DNA from: an uncultured Bacteroides sp.
GTDB taxonomy: Bacteria > Bacteroidota > Bacteroidia > Bacteroidales > Bacteroidaceae
Direction of reading: 5' to 3'
DNA: 64,000 nucleotides
NCBI GenBank assembly: GCA_949285075.1
Contig: CASDXF010000008.1
Coordinates: 29,559 to 93,558 of the forward strand
Made by a program: the position numbers and the translations under genes. The notes under the pieces were generated by a model. It did not search any database. It saw nothing but the letters and a program-made list of their open reading frames with translations, and was not told the origin of the DNA. Below are positions 62,242 through 64,000 of this stretch, one piece after another; positions within the stretch are counted from its first letter, which is position 1, and each line of letters begins with the position of its first letter.

Positions 62242-63072
62242 TTAACCTTTCGCCAATTCCGAAATGTCACTGACTTCAGTCACCGCATCCAACCATCCTT
62301 CCATAATGACCGCCGGCGAATGCGTAGTCAATATAATCTGTACGTTGGGATTCAGTTCCCTAATCATAGAAATGAGCTTCTGCTGCCATTCGATGTGCAG
62401 TGAGGCCTCTGGCTCATCCATGAACAGCACGCAGTGGCTCTTGTCCTGCACGAGCACCGTCAACAAGATTACCAACATCTGTTTCTCACCAGAAGAGAGC
62501 TTATAGGGAAACAGCAACTCTCCGTCCTGATAGAAAGCTATATCGTTCCGCTTACGGTCTATCTTCTTCCGTGTATAACTGAACAACTCATCTATCATGT
62601 CCTGAAAACGCCGCTTGGCCGCCGATAAAGTAGCCGCCTTTTTACGCTGTTCCTCATCATCGCTCGACAGAAGTTCTATCATCTTGTTGCCTACATTGAC
62701 CTGATAGTCCAGATAACGCCGCTGCAACAGATAGATTTGCCAGTCCAGTTCCGACTTCACCCGCTTGTCCGCCATCCTTGCGGTAAAGTCTCCCATCACC
62801 AACGGACGGTCATAGCTCCGAATCACGTCATAAGGAATATATGTGGCCTCCGGATTGTCGAAAAACAAGTGCACGCCCCCTTTCATGTCGTTCTTCATCT
62901 CTCCCGACAAGTGTTCCAGATAGTCCACTGAGCGGTTCAATATGGTAGTCTTTCCCACTCCGTTTATACCGGAAAGGATATTCACGTCGGGCCTCAAGTC
63001 CCATGCGATATTAAACCGTCCCCACAATCCGTGTATTTCGATGCGTCGAATGTAATTGGCCTGTTGTTCCAT
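62242..63072 (-). CDS. AAA_21/ABC-type ATPase (AriA-like)
   Basis: GINGVGKT, LSSGEKQ, FMDEPE, TTHSP; no permease partner; start trimmed to MEQQAN. Confidence 0.88.
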   Translation of the reverse strand: MEQQANYIRRIEIHGLWGRFNIAWDLRPDVNILSGINGVGKTTILNRSVDYLEHLSGEMKNDMKGGVHLFFDNPEATYIPYDVIRSYDRPLVMGDFTARMADKRVKSELDWQIYLLQRRYLDYQVNVGNKMIELLSSDDEEQRKKAATLSAAKRRFQDMIDELFSYTRKKIDRKRNDIAFYQDGELLFPYKLSSGEKQMLVILLTVLVQDKSHCVLFMDEPEASLHIEWQQKLISMIRELNPNVQIILTTHSPAVIMEGWLDAVTEVSDISELAKG

Positions 63073-63181
63073 GTTTTTCTTCTTTTTGAGAAGCAAAAAT
63101 AAATAAATCGGCCGATAAATTAGCTATATTCGCGACCGTTTTCAATAAAGGTAACACTACTTTCTAATTTCTAGTCGAGAT

Positions 63182-64000
63182 ATGAATAGCGGCAAGTCTT
63201 TACAAGGCCATTTATTCGCGCTTACGGCCAACGTAATGTGGGGACTGATGTCTCCCATCGGCAAATCGTCTCTTCAAGAGTTCACGGCAACCTCAGTTAC
63301 CACCTTCCGCATGGTAGGAGCGGCAGCAGCCTTCTGGATTCTTTCCATATTCTGTCGTCAGGAACACGTCAACCATCGGGATATGCTTAAAATATTTTTC
63401 GCCTCCCTGTTCGCTTTGGTTTTCAATCAGGGCGTGTTCATCTTCGGCCTTTCCCTCACCTCCCCCATCGACGCCTCTATCGTAACGACCACACTTCCTA
63501 TCGTCACAATGATTGTAGCCGCCATTTATCTGAAAGAGCCGATTACAAACAAAAAAGTATTAGGTATATTTGTAGGAGCGATGGGAGCCTTAATGCTGAT
63601 TCTAAGTAGCCAGTCCTCAGGCAACGGGAACGGCAATATACTCGGCGACCTGCTCTGCCTACTTGCCCAAATCAGTTTCTCCATCTACCTGACCGTATTC
63701 AAGGGGCTTTCCCAACGGTATTCCGCCGTTACCATCAACAAATGGATGTTTATCTATGCCTCTCTTTGCTACATTCCTTTCTCCTACCGAGACATTTCCG
63801 TCATTCAATGGAATAGCGTCTCCGGCATAGCCATCGCAGAAGTGCTATATGTCGTATTAGGAGGGAGTTTCATCGCCTACCTCTGCATCATGACCGCTCA
63901 AAAACTGCTCCGTCCCACGGTAGTAAGCATGTACAACTACATGCAGCCCATCGTAGCCACTATCGCCGCCATCATCATGGGCCTCGGCAGTTTCGGTTGG
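63182..64000 (+). CDS. DMT/EamA family transporter, truncated by the window edge
   Basis: ATG at 63182: MNSGKSLQGHLFALTANVMWGLMSPIGK...FRMVGAA...; multiple TM helices; open to the window end. Confidence 0.88.
   Translation, partial: MNSGKSLQGHLFALTANVMWGLMSPIGKSSLQEFTATSVTTFRMVGAAAAFWILSIFCRQEHVNHRDMLKIFFASLFALVFNQGVFIFGLSLTSPIDASIVTTTLPIVTMIVAAIYLKEPITNKKVLGIFVGAMGALMLILSSQSSGNGNGNILGDLLCLLAQISFSIYLTVFKGLSQRYSAVTINKWMFIYASLCYIPFSYRDISVIQWNSVSGIAIAEVLYVVLGGSFIAYLCIMTAQKLLRPTVVSMYNYMQPIVATIAAIIMGLGSFGW

Overview
This is a 64-kb stretch of core chromosome from a Bacteroidales bacterium, most likely Bacteroides-like (TAnnTTTG promoter elements, Bacteroides-type proteins). It is mostly housekeeping genes: murB, tdh/kbl, glnS, phoU, ribE, ferritin, lysA/lysC, ftsE, hisIE-F-A-H, purU, tsf-rpsB-rpsI-rplM, asnS, rluB, purB, tRNA-Gln(CTG), rsfS-ftsH-cdsA, alaS, relA/spoT, mltD, parBA, surE and lpxB. 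Accessory content is a stand-alone tyrosine recombinase, a TonB receptor plus surface lipoprotein pair, a GH99-like protein and a PARIS-like ABC-ATPase/DUF4435(TOPRIM) pair. The most unusual signal is intergenic. (1) Four diverged but co-linear copies of a ~550-bp non-coding element carry repeated TTAAAAAYAGACCAT boxes, a long hairpin and a palindromic 22-bp array, and at least one ends in the same terminal inverted repeat as a 198-bp MITE. (2) At least four sequence-unrelated tandem arrays share a 22-bp period. Candidate small RNAs and regulatory motifs are also noted. All calls come from reading the sequence and recalled family knowledge; no searches were run.
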